Source: Negaprion brevirostris | Taxonomy: Eukaryota | Assembly (NCBI GenBank): GCA_030324005.1 | Contig: JARDVH010000163.1 | Span: 102,806,411-102,870,410 of the forward strand | Direction: 5' to 3' | DNA length: 64,000 nucleotides | Part shown: positions 62,213-64,000 of the stretch, one piece after another | Layout of the letters: each line of letters starts with the position of its first letter | Position numbering within the stretch: the stretch's first letter is position 1 | Made by a program: the position numbers and the translations under genes | The notes under the pieces: generated by a model | The model's input: only the letters and a program-made list of their open reading frames with translations | The model's database searches: none | What the model was told of the DNA's origin: nothing

Positions 62213-63420
62213 TCTTGCTTCCCCTGTCTCCTCCTCCACTTCAGCCTCATCCATGGCGGAATGTGTTCCTCCACGTCCTCAGGGTGCAAGGATTCAGCTC
62301 TCTGCAGCACCAGTCTAAGCTCTCTGTGGCACCAGTCATGCAAGGCACTACAATGATGAATCATGAAAATCTGACTGGATTATATTGCACAGCTCCTCTG
62401 GAACAGTCCAAGCAACAGTATCACTTCTGAGCAGTACTATTGTCTGATCAATTATGGTCTGTTTAAATCCGTGGGTGGGATAGTACTGTTCCTGGATGTC
62501 ATTGAGGTTTCTGATAGGCATCATTGGCCAAGTCTGGAGAAGATTGCCACTGCCACCAAGGGTCCATCTCTGGAGCCGTGCATGTGGACAGAATAAATGT
62601 GACACCTGGGAATACAGAAGCACATGTGCATCAAGGCTGCTTCCTTGGAATTGGGTACACACCTTCAAAATTTGCTTTCTGTGGTCACACACTAGCTAAT
62701 ATTGGAGTTTTAGTTGTTGCTGAAGACTGTATATGTCGGTCCAAGAGAGCGTTGATGACCATATGTCTGCAATCAATGGCAACCTGCACATGTGGAACAC
62801 AATCTGGCCCCAAATCCAATGGACTTTTGAGCCCAGCTCTCCAGATTTGTGCAGTATCAAATTAATTCCCCAGTCTGCTTAAGACAGACACTGGTCATCT
62901 CCCTTCCATAGAAGTGTATGGCTGCCTGGGATATTCCATATGTGCTTCTGCTGGATCCTGAGAAGGAGCCACAGGCATAGAAATTCAGTAATGCAGTCAT
63001 TTTCAGCACCACTGGCTCAGCTGCCCCAGCCCATTGGATGCTCACATCCCAAGAATAAATAAAAATAAACTCCTGCCTCCTCTATCTCCTCCTCCATGCC
63101 ATCCTCATCTATGACGGAATGTGTTCCACAACATGGGTATCACCTGCAACATCACACAGAGCTCAGGTGTCCATCTCCCTGGAGACTGCAGAGTTCTCTG
63201 GAGTTCAAACATCTGCTAGTAGTTCATTTGCATTTCAAAGACTTTTTGATGCATTACCAGTAGTCATCTGTCTCTCTCCTGCTGCCGTTCCATATGGCTT
63301 ACAGGTGCCATCTGCGACCTGCACCACTTGCTGCTCTGCGGCACCAGTACGGTTGACTCTGGGCCCTTGTGCTTACTTCCTCTGTGCGTCTCCTCCAGCA
63401 CTCATGAATTCCAGAGGACT
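62213..63420 (-). pseudogene. PIF/Harbinger (HARBI1-like) transposase relic
   Basis: N-terminal SREM..ELCVMLQ (~63140-63190); LKMTALLNFYACGSFSGSSRSTYGISQAAIH; VPHVQVAIDCRHM (first catalytic D); TIIDQTIVLLR; acidic tail DEAEVEEE. Confidence 0.85.
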
Positions 63421-63630
63421 TTAGAATCATAGAATCCTACAATGCAGAAGGATGCCATTCAGCCCATCAAGTCTGCATCAACCACAATCTCACTCAGTCC
63501 CTATCGCTATAACCTCATGCACTTATCCTGGCCAGTCCCCCTGGTGCTAAAGGGGCAATTTAGCTTGGCCAATTCACCAACCCGCCAATCTTTGGGAGGA
63601 AACCAGAGCACCCAGAGGAAACCCACGCAA
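63421..63630 (-). mobile_element. HE1/V-SINE 3' two-thirds
   Basis: tagaatcatagaatcctacaatgcagaaggatgccattcagcccatc...gggaggaaaccagagcacccagaggaaacccacgca. Confidence 0.88.
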
Positions 63631-64000
63631 AGGAGGATTTCCATCTTTGGATATTACCCACTTCACTTGGCGCTGCCCTCGGATGCTGTGTTCAAGTTGC
63701 TCCTTAGCTCTTTACAGCTGATCCCTTCGATTTAAGGCTCTGCTCCTCACCTCCTCAGAGTTGACCCTCTTTGCAAAAACACTTGCCTCTCTCTCATTTC
63801 AACCAAAGGATTCCACTGCAATGAAAGGCAGTTCCACTTCAGCTGACCTCTAAACCATCACCTTTCAAAGGTTTCTGTCAGCGTAGGATGATTGCACGCT
63901 ACTCATTTAATTCAAAAGGCTACATTTAATCCAAGTTAGAGATATGGATGGAATTAACGAGTTAATGAGCTTTTCAACAATTTAAATTATCTTGCTGCAT

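Larger units (their letters stand above)
52297..64000 (-). other. PTPRG: PTPRG intron 1 (partial; exon 1 not in window)
   Basis: Lies upstream of the exon 2 acceptor on the minus strand. No signal-peptide exon or CpG island was seen. Confidence 0.8.

Noticed and set aside
62213-63420. Host HARBI1 gene
   Set aside because: Multiple frameshifts and stops, an internal insertion and a second relic at 5390-6010 indicate decayed transposons.
1-64000. CRISPR arrays, prokaryotic operons, rRNA or true tRNA genes
   Set aside because: None seen; tRNA-like A/B boxes belong to SINE heads and the sequence is a vertebrate intron.

Overview
Vertebrate genomic DNA from a gapped draft assembly. The repeat content (HE1/V-SINEs, DeuSINE/SacSINE1-like SINEs, many CR1/L2 LINE fragments, Penelope-type termini) points to a shark or other cartilaginous fish; the species cannot be fixed from the sequence. 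The only host coding sequence I can support is one 105-bp minus-strand exon (52192-52296) matching exon 2 of PTPRG (receptor tyrosine phosphatase gamma), so the rest is read as PTPRG intron 1 and intron 2. The introns hold mostly decayed transposons: CR1/L2/Rex-type LINE pieces, three SINE groups, two PIF/Harbinger transposase relics (one with a Myb/SANT partner), Harbinger-type MITEs, a Ty1/Copia RNase H plus LTR relic, a Penelope GIY-YIG fragment and a possible Helentron-type element. The most unusual signals are minimal hammerhead-ribozyme motifs (one with an intact catalytic core at 12551-12582), a ~200-bp diverged palindrome, a 91-bp templated duplication inside a transposase, and candidate conserved non-coding or promoter elements. 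I see no evidence of a wholly new multi-gene system. Repeat boundaries are approximate, family calls come from recalled motifs, and mismatch counts were made by eye.
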